A stretch of DNA of 63,797 bases, filler included, from Cercozoa sp. M6MM (lineage: Eukaryota; Protista; Endomyxa: Ascetosporea): assembly GCA_040357565.1 (NCBI GenBank). It is 8 parts of 8 records of this genome, joined end to end, with 100 filler letters (N's around TTAATTAATTAA, not from the genome) between each part and the next. Parts side by side here need not be neighbours in the genome. Positions count along the whole stretch, not along the records: positions 1 to 22,458 come from JBDODJ010000183.1; 7 more parts are not named here. One strand, 5' to 3'. Below, in pieces: positions 1 to 13,193 of this stretch. Position 1 is the first letter of the stretch. Each line of letters opens with the position of its first letter. The notes under the pieces were generated by a model. It saw nothing but the letters and a program-made list of their open reading frames with translations. It searched no databases and was not told where the DNA came from. Made by a program: the position numbers and the translations under genes.

Positions 1-490
1 GGGTAAGGGGTTGGGGGTAAAGACACACCTCGGAACTGCCGAGACGCGGCACCGTCCAGCCATCCTTCTCGAGCTGCTTGGTGCGACGACTGCGGGAGGA
101 GGTAAAGAGGGGAGGAGGGGGGGGGGGGGGGTAAAGAGGGGGCAAATACCGATCCAGCAGGTTGAGCAACGTGATCATCAGCACACATGCCGCCAGCAGT
201 GCCGAACCGACCCACATGGGCAGAGCGATCGAAGCGCCACCCTAGGGAGGTAACAAGATAAAGGGGAGGGGGTATGAGGGTAAAGGTGGCATACATGGTC
301 CAGACAGCGACCGGACTCGCCCTTGGAGTCCCAGTTATCGCACGTCGCCTTGTACAGCATCGGTGCCACCACACCTGTGGGGGGGGGGGGNNNNNNNNNN
401 NNNNNNNNNNNNNNNNNNNNNNNNNNNNNNNNNNNNNNNNNNNNNNNNNNNNNNNNNNNNNNNNNNNNNNNNNNNNNNNNNNNNNNNNNN

Positions 491-530
<40 letters not shown>

Positions 531-1694
531 ACAAAGCTACCAAGCAAGGTGCTCTCGGCGACCACGAGCGACTCGGCACCCAGACCAAACATGAAGCTAC
601 ACCAATCGCAGCATTAAAAAAACAAAGGCAGCCTTAAATCAGGTCCATCTGTACCGACCAAGGCCCATCATCCAGAACCACTGAGCAGCGTTGGCGTCCG
701 GGTCGTCACTACACGGGCGGGGGAGGGGGTCAAGAGGGGGCTAAAGGGGGGAGGGGGTGTCAAGCAGCAACACACTTGCCATGCGCAGCATCGGCGAACG
801 TCCAGGCCACGGCGAAGACAGAGTGGCTACAACACGCGCGTCCATATTGTGCCCAAATGGACCGTACAAACTGGACACAAAAAGACAATACCCGACCAGG
901 TTCATCAGGAGGAAGAGCCACACGCAGAAGTTGGCGCCTGCGAGNNNNNNNNNNNNNNNNNNNNNNNNNNNNNNNNNNNNNNNNNNNNNNNNNNNNNNNN
1001 NNNNNNNNNNNNNNNNNNNNNNNNNNNNNNNNNNNNNNNNNNNNGATAAAGGATAATGGAGGATAAAACGAGGTAAACTACCAAGTCGATCGACAACGGC
1101 GCCGCCCAACAGCGGCAGAATCATGTTCGGGACTGTGATCAGAATTACCAAACATTCCAAAATGATTAAGATTTAAAGGGCGACCTACACGAGTACAGCG
1201 AGAAGAACATGTTGAACGAGGTCTCGCCTATGCCCTTTTCGCCTGTCATGTAGGCCTTCAGCGGCGGCGGAAGGTCATTGCAGAAGTACGTGCCTGCACA
1301 AACACAAAAATAAAAACTGATCAGTTCACAAATCCTGGGCTGGAACTAAACTGCATCTGAGGTACCAAACATCGCAAAGCACGACAGCGCAAGCACCACC
1401 CATCGGAACTTGCTCGACGAGCGCGCATAGATCTTTTCCTCCTGCAACAAACAGCACATCAGGGTCAGTCCGGAAGAATACCGCAAGATCTGCGATCACT
1501 GATCTGATCGGAGTCATTCTACCGGAGTCTCCTCATCCACGAAGGTGTTCACAGACGGCGACGTCGGGTCGCACAGTGGCTTCTCATCCTACTTGCACAC
1601 ACGCACGCACATGTGACCGGTCCAAGCAGCACATCGCGTGCATAAACGCACATTTTTTTGTTAATGCATCACTTACAACGCTCGTGTCGGCCAT
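1..1694 (-). CDS. Major facilitator superfamily transporter, MFSD1-like; multi-exon, 3' end outside window, two N gaps
   Basis: Spliced translation MADTSV|DEKPLCDP...|...SSKFRWVVLALSCFAMFG|TYFCNDLPPPLK...FNMFFSLYS|FPNMILPLLGGAVVDRLG with GT-AG introns; the GGxxxDRLG MFS motif and LYSxPN resemble MFSD1. Confidence 0.8.
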
Positions 1695-1847
1695 AGTGCT
1701 ATCGCCTATGAACGCGTACACGCAACGGATTAGTCTTTGGGCACAGCGCAGGACTTCGGCCGTTTTTTATTAAGGGTACGCAGCTGACGATTTAAGGGAG
1801 CTCAATGAACTTAGAATCCCACTCTGGCATCCTCTTAGGCAGCGTAC

Positions 1848-3721
1848 ATGGCCGAACTTTACGAGGACGTCAGTGACTTGCGTCTGCAGGCGCCTGAGGA
1901 CGTGCGCTCTTTGCTTTTTTGTTTGGGTTCATTCGATTGTACGGATCTGTGTGTTTGTGTTCTTGCAGGTCTCGCAAACCAAGCCTTCCCTGTCTGTGAC
2001 CGAAGGTGAGGCTCAGCCGGCAAAGGTTGAGGTCAATGACGGGCCCAAAGAGGTGCACCCAGTTCCTGTTTGTTTTGTATTTTTTTATCCAAGCCTGTCT
2101 TCGCAGATCCCGAAAGGACAGCAGCTGTCTTACTACGATTGGTCAGCTCGGCAAGCACTTCCGCCACCACCAGTGGATGTATGTCGAACGTTCAATTTGT
2201 GCGTTTCTCCAATTCTCATGTCATACTGCCCAGGCGGAAACAACTCTGCTGACTGCGATCAGTGGCTCGCGAAAGGGTACAATCACTTTGTTTGGATGCT
2301 AAAGCTTGCTTCATTTAGCATCCTGATTGCAGACCGAGGCCATGGCGGTCGAAGCGATCGTTTCGGCGTTTGGATCGCCGGTTTCCCATGGTGGTAGCGA
2401 TTGCGTTCATGTCTTAAACTTTGAGCAACTGAGACATGATTTATAGGACGACAGAGCGCGCCTTGTACCGCGAATTCTCGAGATACGGACGCGTGCTGTC
2501 GCTGCGCATCTTTTCCGAACGAATCAGTTCTCGGTCGCGTTCGTACGCCTTTGTGCTTTACTTGCCCAAGGTACTTGTTTTGTTCCTTTGCTTTCTCGCT
2601 GTTTTACAAGTGTTTGCAGAGAGGCTCTTCGATAGAATCGGCCAACGATATCGCCAGAGAGGCCGTTGAAGATGTTGTTTCTGCTGTCAAGCTTCGATTG
2701 TGTTTTTCATATGATGTGCTTGCTTCAGGTCACGGAAAGAGGTGTGCGCGTCGATGGCACGAAACTCAAGATCGGCCTCGTGTCGGAACGCGATCTGGCT
2801 CGGTATTTTCTGTTATTGCTTTTCGCTTTCATAATTTCTGATGGCGCAAACCTTCATTACCGCAAACCTTCATTACCGCAAGAGCAATTAGCTAAAGCTT
2901 TGACCTGAAGCATCAAAAATTGAATTGAAACCATTCGTGTGTTGGGTGCAGCAAGCTGCGCGACGATGACGAGCGCGAGAAGTTCGAGCGCTTTGGCAAG
3001 GGTCAGGGCGGCCCGAACTACCTGCAGCTCGGTCTGCCTCTGCGTGCGCACGAGGAGGCGCAGCAGTACTTCGAGCGCAACATTGAAAAACAGCGGCCGC
3101 CGACGCACGCGAGTGCGCGCAAGGAGAAGAAGGAGCCCGAGAAGGAGAAGAAGGAGAAGGAGAAGGAACACTCCCACAAGGAGCGCCGGCGCCGCCGCTC
3201 GCGCAGTCGCAGTCGTGATCGCAGTCGCACCAGGAGGTTGCTTTGCTTTGCTTTGCTTTGCTTTGCTTTGTTTCGTTTTGTTTCGTTTTGTTTCGCTTTG
3301 TTCCGCTTTGTTTCGATTCTTGTGTTGCTTGGGGTTGTGTTGCAGATCCAGCAAGAGAGACGAGGAGCACAAGAAGAGCGTCTCGCGCGAAACGAGCTCG
3401 AGTGACGTCAAGCGAGAAACTAAGCGAGAGGTCAAACGAGACATCAAACGAGAGAAGGATGTGCCACAGCCGACAGAGTTCGGCGTCGAGTCCGACTCAG
3501 AGGAACAAGGCGACGCTATGCGCGACGACGAGTCCGAGTCGAAACCGACACCGAGTGAAACGAAAGCTGTGAGACAAGACGATTCGGAGTCGAAAGAAGA
3601 CAAAGCGAAGGAGCGCAGCAGCGGCAAGAAGAAGGAGGACGTAGCTTCGCCTCCGCGACGCCGCAGCTCGCGACGCGCCGCCGCTGTGGCCACGAGACGC
3701 AGCACGCGCACGCGCAAGTGA
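1848..3721 (+). CDS. RRM-containing protein with RS-rich/charged C-terminus (SR-related); multi-exon
   Basis: Exons give VWIAGFPW|TTERALYREFSRYGRVLSLRIF...SRSYAFV (RNP2/RNP1-like), later ERRRRRSRSRSRDRSR; stop TGA at 3719-3721. Confidence 0.7.
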
Positions 3722-3763
3722 CCGAGTTCTGTTTTATAGTACTATTGCCTCGACTGAACTAAC

Positions 3764-6700
3764 TTAGTACAAGTCGGCCATGATGGCAAGCACGAGCGAT
3801 GACCATCCTGCACAGCACGCTTCAATATCGACTACACAACCCGAGGGAGTGGGGTGTACCGGTAAAAGGATGCGTGCCCCTGCCACTGCCATCGAGCGGG
3901 TCGTAGTTCTCGTAAATATTGCCAAGTGTTGCCAACGCTTGTGCGTGCTGCGATCGCTCGAACTGACGGCGCACGTTGCTCACCACGTTGTGCTTGAGTT
4001 CCTCTGGGGGGGGGGGGTAAAGTACGGGGGCTAGTACAGATAGGGACAAGTACCGTAGATACGACGAGTTTCGGCAGTGTCGTATTGGTGCAACGCACGC
4101 AGTGCCAAAAAGTTCATGTTGAGCCAGATCTTGCCACGCCAATAGTTGTCACCCGTCGCGAAATCTTCGTCACTTGTACCCAACGAGCGTAGTCTGTTTA
4201 ACCCCACCATTTACCCCCTCATTTAACCTCCTGCAGAAACAAGCGTACCCAAAGTCGCTCCAGATGCCGATTTCCTCGTCACGCAGAGTACGCAGAGTCT
4301 CTGCAAAGTGCGTCGAATCTGGCGACAGAATTCCCAACAACAGCGGCATCAGCGTCACGTAGCCATATGTCTGTAGTCACCACTCACACATATCTACGCG
4401 TAAACTACAATAAGAGGCAAAGTACAACACGTGGATCGCCTCGGAAGGTGTCGAAAAACGCGTGTTTTTCCGCAAAATAAAAATGCTCGAACAAACCGCG
4501 TCGCAGCTCACTGGGGGGGTTAAGAGTGGGGCAGGGGGGTAAAGGATGAGGCAAGGATAAAGGCGGGAGGGGGAGGGTTAAAGTAGTACCTGCCTTGTTG
4601 ACGGAAGAATTCGACATCGAACGGCGCTTCTTCCAGCTGAAAGCACAACTTGAAGAACACGGTTGTCCAGTCAAGACAATATTCAAGGTACGGTGCACTG
4701 CGTGCCAGTGTCGCTCGACAAAAACTGTTCGGCGTGCTCACCGAGTTGTACCATTGCATCACTGCCACAGGGGTAGGGGGCAAAATGAGATGGTGCAGGG
4801 GTACAATGCTACCACATGGCAATGAGCCAGCACTGGAGGTCCAAATGACCGCGCTCACTGTCGTATTTCGCATCGACAGCGGCTGTGTCGTCCTGCTCGG
4901 CACGTGGGTAGTCGTCCAGTCCACTCGCGAACGATCCAAACGCACCTTTAAGCATACACTATACATTGCGGACATACAAGCTGTACAACATACCTTTAAC
5001 ATGGTCGGGACGCCAACAGGCCAGTCCGTGTCGGCAACGCTGCGTGCGCAGATACCAGCGCGCATTTCGTGCTGCATTCGACAGCAACGCTTCCACGGCA
5101 CTCGGCTCCATCTGGGAGGGGAAGGGGTATGATAAAAGGTTGGTATAAAAGAAGGGAGTAAAAAAGGGGGGGGGGATTAGAATACCCCAATATCGACGTT
5201 TCGTTGTTGCAGCAGTCGCAACAACGCTAAGTGCAATGTCGGCGGGTTCGCCACGTAGCGCGACTAAAGCCGCTTAGTTTAATTTCGAAAGTAAAGAACG
5301 GGAAAGGTGAAAGCGTGTACCTGCGGAATGAAGCGTTTCGGCACGAGACTGCGTGCCTGAGGTTCATTCACAACTATGCTTTGAAGTTTCCTCTATCTTT
5401 AAACAATCAAAGCCAGTTGATGCAATATCGTATATGACATAGAAAGGCCCTAAAGCTATAAAAATGCTGTGAACAGAAAAAGAAAAAGCGAAAGAAACTG
5501 ACCTCGGCACCGAGAATCTGCTCGCGCGGAATCCAGCCGTCCTCATCAGTCAGAGCGAACCTATCGATACAGTTTATTCCACTGAAACACAAAACAAAAT
5601 ACCAAAATACCAAGACGACAGAACTTCAGCACTTTGTTCTGGCGACCACTATGAAACAAAAGATTGATGGGATGTCGATAAGTGACAAGAAAGTTGTCAC
5701 CTTCTGAACCAGCAGTTGATGGAAGCCCTCTGTACACTCAGTTTAAAGTCTGGTGTACAGACATAAAACTTAGTTAAAATTAAAGTACCATCCCAGAGGA
5801 AGCCGCGCGGAAACAGGCGTCTGGATGGCACCATGGAGATCAACGAAGCTGGCCCGAGTGTCTGGACTTTGAACTCGTTTGCGTCCTGACAAAACATTGG
5901 CTTGTCGGTTTAAATTCAAAAAATAACTTCAAAAACAAGCTTTCACTTGGTTTAAATGTCACGTGAACATTAATAAAGCTCCCAGAACTACAATCTCAAA
6001 AACAAAGCTACCGGAGTAACAGGCGTGTGCACAAGGTAGTCGCCAAAGAAGCGACCCTTGCCGCCCAAGAGATTCGACAATGTATGGTGTGCGAACGGAG
6101 TGCTACACGAAGGGAAGGATGAAAGGGACAAAAGATGTAAAGGCGACAGCTGTACTTAGCGCCGAAAATCTTCGAAAATTTCGCGTCGAACTCGGCGCGT
6201 TTGTCGTCAAAACTCGGGGTCTGCAATGACTCCTGCAACAGGCAAAGTGACGTCAAAACAATATCAAAACAATATCCGCGCGTATGAGAATTGATATACC
6301 TGGCCTTCCGCGTGGAAGCGAAAGTGCAGCGTGAATGGAGTTGTGAAAGCATTCTGCGAGATGAGCATTTGCGTTTTCACCTTCGACGCCGTCGTTCTGC
6401 AGGTTTTCGCATTTCAAAAAAAAAGAAGGTTAAAGAAAACCAAAATACTCGGAAAGAACGAAAGGCGGCAGAATTTGGTGTTTTTGGCGCAGTTGTTGGA
6501 ATTTTTCGCGATTTTTCGTCATTTGACTGCGTCAGCCACAACTGTGTTTGACCAAACTGAAAGTCCAGAGAGTTTCAGTACGGAATCTGCGAATTCAAAA
6601 CGCGTTGAAGATTGTGAAAGATTTTTTGTTGCTTTTGTTGACGGCGAAAGTTGCGTTCCAGGTGTTTTTCGACGTCAAAGTAGCTTTCGGACCAGTCGTC

Positions 6701-7622
6701 GTTCGCGACTGCAATCGCTGCGTTTTTTCTCTGAATCATCAAAGAAAATCCAGAAAAACAAAAAGCAAAGCAAAAAACACAAAATGTACACTCAAGCAAC
6801 GCTTGCGCAGCACGATGTCGTCGTTCTTCTCGGAGATGTACTTGACACACGTCCGCGCGGACGGATCGCTTGCCTCATCAGACGTATCATTGACAGACAA
6901 GCGAAACGCCATGTCATTGTGTTCAATGCGCATCGAATTGTCTAAAGAGCAGAATTCCAAAGGTCTCAAACTGTAAACTGAAAAGAGAAAAAGTCGACAG
7001 TACCAACAAACTCGAGATTCGACGGCTCGGGCGACGCAAAATACCAATTCAGCGCCACTGATTTCGCTTTTGCTATTCAAAAGGAACAACATGAGCTTTC
7101 AAACTCCAAAGCTCACCAAACAAGGAGCTTTCATGGACAGCTTGAAAGGGAAAACTACGCTCAAGCGAACGCACGTGCAATTTGAGATCCCACGCGTCGC
7201 CGTAACTCACGAAACTGTGCAGAAACTCCAAGCCGAGTGTCTTGTCGATCACGGCGTGTTCACCGAAATCTTCGCCATTGTGTCTCAGCCAGCCAAAAAC
7301 AACGTCGCTATCCGAGCGCTGGCACGTATGACGCACACGCTGCTCGGGGTCGTCGAGACTCGACCACGCCAGACCAAAAATCGGCGACACGTCACTGCTA
7401 TCACGCATGCCGACGAACACATTGGGACGCAGGCTGCTCCAGGCTGCACACGTTAATTCCAGTACAGCAAAAGCCACAGACGAAAACCGGGAAAAAGAAA
7501 ACGCTGAAACTCAGGAAAATACAAAAAGCCCAAACAAAGCTCATCAAAAGAGGGATGACAGCTGCGGAGAGTAGTCTGAATTGAGTTCTGGCGCAGTGCA
7601 CCAGCTTGCACATTGGACTCAT
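3764..7622 (-). CDS. MOGS: Mannosyl-oligosaccharide glucosidase (glucosidase I, GH63); multi-exon
   Basis: Motifs WSSLRPNVFVGMR, VRHTCQ..FGWLRHNG, VPSRRLFPRGFLWD|EGFHQLL, GWIPREQILGAE|AR, NYWRGKIWLNMNFL and C-terminal HPFT|GWSSLVLAIMADLY*; N-terminal signal anchor. Confidence 0.93.
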
Positions 7623-8231
7623 TGCTCGACAAGTGCCGCCCGCATTCCAACGTCAACCGACCCCGCAAAGGGCAGCATGACGGCATTTCTGGGGCGGGCA
7701 CAGCGCGTTAGCGCCGTCGTCCTTGCGGACACTCAGTAGCACCTCAGACCTTCCCACTCGCTCTGCAGGGCGCAGAGCGTCTAAGTGCAGTCTTCCACGC
7801 TATCCAGGGTACCATAGGCCACTTGCGCTGTGCCCTTTTGAGGCACGGCAGTAGTGCCAATCCTCAGTATCATGGGCCAGTCTCCAACAACACCAAGTTG
7901 AGCTATACCTGCGTTGGCGCCCAAAAGGAGTCCCAAAAAGAGAGAAACGAGCATGTCAGCACACGATCTACCAACAGAACGATCGTCCTGCTGACATAAA
8001 CGAGTCTCTACGACTTTCCAGTGAAGTGGCACGCCTGTGGATATGAGCACGTGCGCTACTAGGTTCTGAGTTAGTTGACCACACTTTGTTTAATAAACTG
8101 AGTCACTTTGTACCGTGCTTGGTGTGCATTGTGTCAGACAGTACAACGTCCAGCGTGCTGTGCTTGTGTGTGCGTCATGCACGTGTTTGAGTCTGATCAC
8201 GTCTAGGAGTGTTTTGGATCAACTAGCGTAA

Positions 8232-9995
8232 ATGTCTAAGGCGAATCTGAGGCGCCTTCGCACACAGGAAAGCAGCGAGGTGAAGCGCGCGATCGAAACT
8301 TTGCGGGCACAGGACGGTTTCGACCGCTGCTTCGACTGTGGTACTTTGGCAACTTACCTATTTGGGCAGATGTTTCAGCGTTTCCTCTCTCGTAGGTGCC
8401 GAGTCTCCGGACTGGGCGAGTCTGGCACCACGTGCTCTCGTGTGTCACAACTGCTCTGGTAGTCATTTTCCCTATTTACACCCCCCCCCCCCGTATTTTA
8501 TTAGCTGTGCAGGTGCGCACCGAGCGGCGGCACTGAGGATTCGCTCGTTGACGCTGGACCGCTGGTCGCTCGCCGAGGTGCACCTGCTGCAGCAGCAGCC
8601 GTCACAACTGCGCGAACTGATCGATTCCGTATTTTCTTGTTTTTTGTCTTCTTTTCTTGTTTTTTCGTTGCTTCCTGTTTTTTTTTGTTTTTTTTTGTTT
8701 TTCTTGTTTTGTTGTTGTTTTTCTTTTTGTTTTTTTGTTGTTGTTGTTTTTCTTGTTGTTGTTTTTTTTTCTTGTTGTTTTTTCTTGTTGTTTTTCTTGT
8801 TGTTTTCTTGTTGTTTTCTTGTTGTTGTTTTTGTGTTTGTTATTTGTTATAATTTGACAGCGCGCGAATGCGCAAGAACGCGCAAACTTCGTGCGACGAA
8901 AGTATGCAGAATTCCTTCCGAAACGAAAGAGCGTTGTCGGTTTGTTTATTTTCTCGTATTTTCCGTATTTTTTTCATCCGCGCGGAAGCAGAAACAGCAC
9001 CGAAACTGACGGTCGGAGCGGACGGCCGAATTCAAACGCGTGAACGCAAAGAGAGTTTTTTCGCGACGATCGGTCGACGTTTTCGCACCAGTTCGCGCGT
9101 CGTTCGGGTACCCTTTTTTTCTTATTTTTCCTGATTGGAAATACAAAAAAAAAAAACGAAAATGTAGGACACGAGCGAAAGCGAGGAAAATTTGAATTTG
9201 GAAGATGCCGAAGATCAGGCGGATTTGTACAGTTTCGAAGAGCCGCCAGACAGGTCAGTTTTTTCTTGTATTTCCTAAACCGGGAATATACCAGAAAATA
9301 TTGCAGGAGTACTCTGCCGACGCAGTTTTTCGGTTTTTTGTTCCGCGCGGGTCGACACAACCGATTTCGCTTCAAGCAGGTGTTTTTCCCTTGTTTACCT
9401 CCCTGTTTACCCCCCTGTGCCTGTTTACCCCCCCCCCCCCCGCCCCCTTAGAGGTGGCTGTGCATCGACACGCGAAACCGTCGCATCAGTTATCATCACG
9501 AATTGGTACAGATGCGAGTGATCGCACGATTTGATCGTTTTTGATCGTGGAAAGAGACGGTTTGGGCTGTGTGATCGATCAGGGCGGCGAGCCACGTGAG
9601 CAGTGCGATCTGAGAGGTGCCTCGGTGAGTCAGGTGCGGCAGGTGTCGCCTGCCTGGGTGTGGAACCCAACCACTGGGCACTACGCACGTGCGCGACGGC
9701 CCTTGTTCTGCCTCACGCTGCGTGCCGCGCAACTCGACGACACGCAGGACGACGGTGCGTTTGCCCTCCTTTACCCCCCCCCCCCACACCTTTACCCCTA
9801 CACCCTTTGTGCAGTGGGCAGTGGCGGCGCACTCTCCAGACCGTCCTCAGTGTAACTTTTTTCTTTAAGGGTTAACCGACACATGTGGACATGTCTGTCG
9901 GTGTGACGGTGAGCAGGGCCACTTGGCGACTGGCGTCGACCAATCAGCGCCGACTGCGCAACTGGCACGCCGTGCTCGCCGCTTGCTGCTGCTAG
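8232..9995 (+). CDS. ArfGAP zinc-finger protein with C-terminal PH domain (ADAP/centaurin-like); multi-exon
   Basis: RCFDCG|AESPDWASL...VCHNCSG|AHR...IRSLTLDRWS is the ArfGAP motif; FFGFLFRAG..RFKQ|RWLCID..RISYH...CDLRGASV...WRLASTNQRRLRNWHAVL has the PH pattern. Confidence 0.8.
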
Positions 9996-10310
9996 CGTCG
10001 TTTGTTACACACCGACCAAATCAAGCTGGTCAGTTGGTTTACTATGCGTGCTATACATTATTGAAGCACTCGACTGTAAGAATTTGTGGCGCTGACTGGA
10101 CCTGTTCCTCATCTACTAGGCATCAGCTACCCCGGTGGCTGTCGTCTGCAAAACCGCAGCGAGTACTGTACAGTATTTTAGAGCACTGTAGATCCCTATT
10201 GGATAATGCACCAACGATCTAGCGATCTAGAGCTCAAAACTAGCAAGCCAGAGAATCTGATTGATTGTAAATTTAGCGAACGGCCACGGCGAGGTAAACC
10301 AAAAACTAAG

Positions 10311-13030
10311 CTACTTGGATTTCTTGGACTTTTTGCCCTTCTTGCTCTTGTCGGTCTTCTTGTCCTTCTTGCTCTTGTCGGTCTTCTTGTCCTTCTTGCT
10401 CTTCTTCTTGGGTCGCTCTTCCTCCTCGTCTGCGACTGCTTCAACTGCGACTGATTCCTCCTGGATTGGTCGCTGTCGACGCTTGCCAAGCTGCTGTTCT
10501 TCCTGCTGCTGCTGCGAAGACTGCTCCTCCTCCTGGTGCTCTGCCTCCTCGTGTTCAAACTGCTGCTGCTCTTCCTCGTCAACGTCAGCCTCCCAGGCAC
10601 CGGCCATTCGCTCGCCGTTGCGAACCTTGACGATCTTGGCCACGTAGAAGCCTGTCAACACTCCCATTTATACACACACTAAACGTACAACTGGTTTGTA
10701 CCATCCATGTTGTGCACGTGCGGGTAGTAACGTCGTGTTTCGCGCACCTGTTTATTTGAAAGCTTAGTGAACCAACATCATTCCATATTGCAAAAGACTC
10801 AAGTACTGACGGGTGGAAACGTCGTTCTTGCCAGCGAACAAAACCCGGCACACCAAACGGCAGTCCTTCAAACAACACAATTTTACAAGTTCGATTTTGA
10901 CTGTTGCTTGTATATTAAACAATACCAGTGTCGACGATTTTAACGTAGCGTTTCTTGAGCGCGTAGTTGACAACATCTTCGTTCTCCTGCGGCATGATGC
11001 TGCACGTCGAGTACACCACAGTGCCTGTCAGTCACAAAAACAACAGTAAAATTAGACAAGACAACCGAGAAACAGCAAAGACTCACCGCCTTCTTTGAGC
11101 ATGTCGATGGCACGGATCAGCAGCTGCTTTTGCAAATCGGCCATTCGAATCACATCAGCCTTGCTCTTGCTCTACGCAACAGAAACTTCAACTCTTTTGT
11201 TTCCAGTCAACACGGCCAAAACTGTCTGTACCAGCTTGATCGACTGATCGCGCGAGATCACACCGAGGCCCGTGCACGGCGCATCGAGCAGAATGCGATC
11301 CACGTGTTGCACCTGTTGTACGCATCATAAAAAAGCCCCAGGCTGTGAACGTAGCACTGCTTACATGCTGCGACAACGTGCGGCCGTCGTAGTTGGCAAC
11401 CACGACATTTTCCACACTGCGACAAAAAATAAAGTGGCTACAGTTTGACCAAACAACCAGGCTACCCCAAACGAGCGCAGTTAGCCTTCAGCGCACGCAG
11501 ACGCTCACGAGAGACGTCATTGGCAATCAGCACACCTATGAACACAATTTTCAACTGACACAAAACACAGGAAAAGGCAAAAAGCATACCAGTGTTTTGC
11601 ATGAGTTGTGCGAGGTAGGTAGTCTTGCCACCAGGAGCGGCAGCGACATCAACGACTTTGTCGCCTTGCTGCGGATCCAATGCCATGCATGGCATGAAAG
11701 AAGACGGCGACTGCAGCATGTAGTGACCGCCGAGGTACCTACAATTTCAAAAGCATCTCAAAAACTGCCAGAGTCAGTACAGTTGCAGAACGTACTCTGG
11801 AGTGGCTCCGATCGGCACCTGCGACGCTGTAACCTTGATACCGACCCTGCCAAAAATAAAAAATAATACAAAATTTAATGAAAACAACCAACCAAACCGA
11901 AAAAAAGTCTCACTTTGACCAGTCGCCAAGCATCTCGAGTTGCACGCCACGGGCACGCAGCGCTGCAGCAAAATATCGCAAGTTGCAAAAAGTAAAAAGT
12001 TAAAACAGCAAGCAAAACACACCCTTAAGCACATCCCTGGGTCGGCTGCGGAGCGTGTTGACACGCAGCACGACCGGTCGCTGCTGCTCGTTGGACTCAA
12101 TCCAGGCCACGCACTGCACACGGGACGGTTTGAATAAGCGCGTTTCAAGCCATATCAGTTGTTACCTCACGAGGCGAGAAGATGCCGAGGAACATTTCGA
12201 CCAATTCGGGGTTGTAGCTGAGGGCAAGCACATGTACAAACAACAAAAGTACATCAGCAACAAGAGTGTACCCATGGTAGGAGGCCAAGTCGAGCGTCAG
12301 CTGCTCCAGGTAGTCCGAACGAGAGACACCCTGGATGGGCATAGTGTACTAATAGCTACAAGTCAAGAAAGCAAATGAAATACCGGCTCAGCACGCGCGC
12401 GAAGCGAATCCAACACGTGCAGAATGTTTTCAATGCGCGTGCTCAGGTTCGTCCTGAGAACAAAATTTTAAAAATCATCAAAATTACCAGAAGAGAAAAA
12501 ACACGGTACAGATCAGGAGGCGCAAGAAGCTCGGCAGCTGCATTTGAGGCCATGAGAAAAAATCGCGGTGCAAATAACGCAAAAGTACCGCGCTCTCGCG
12601 GCGATGGGAGAATCTTGGACTCTCGCAGAGCATGCGTCAATTCCTCGGAAGCACGCTCAGCTTCCTCCTCTTCCTCCTGCAGAAACAAAAGTCGCGATGC
12701 ACCAGAGTGATACAAAACATGAAAGCACATAACACACCTCTTGGAACTGTCGCGCCTCCTCTTCAGCAAGCGCATCTTCCTCTTCGGCCGCCTTCTCGAA
12801 CGCCTGTGGACACCGACAAATACAAAAACACGTGGTGTAAAAATAAATGTGGGTGATCGTACGTGAAGCTCATCGGCCTCTTCATCCTCATCAGACTCGG
12901 CGAACATGGTGAGTTTCTCCTGCTGTGCCTGCTCCTGCTCCTCTTGGGCCTGCTCGGCGGACTCAAGGCGCTGCTTGAGTTTTTTCGCCATCTTGTCGCG
13001 GCTGCGCTTGCCGCGCACAACAGACACCAT
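10311..13030 (-). CDS. NOP2: 25S/28S rRNA (cytosine-C5) methyltransferase NOP2/NSUN1; multi-exon
   Basis: [15 protein letters not shown]|[68 protein letters not shown]; acidic N-terminus and K-rich tail. Confidence 0.95.
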
Positions 13031-13193
13031 TAAATGCCACTAGCACACACGTCAGGATACACTACGCGGGCGTTCTGCTGAGCCCAATATCAACATTGTC
13101 CCCTTTAACAGTACGTTGTTGTAGCCAGCCAACTCAGAGAGCGTCAAATGAACTTAAACAGTTTCTATACGGTGACGAAACACAGAAGGTACG

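Noticed and set aside
2848-2881. 16-bp tandem duplication AAACCTTCATTACCGC
   Set aside because: Simple local duplication within an intron.
10320-10410. 27-bp coding repeats (KKDKKTDKS)
   Set aside because: Ordinary lysine-rich nucleolar tail of NOP2.
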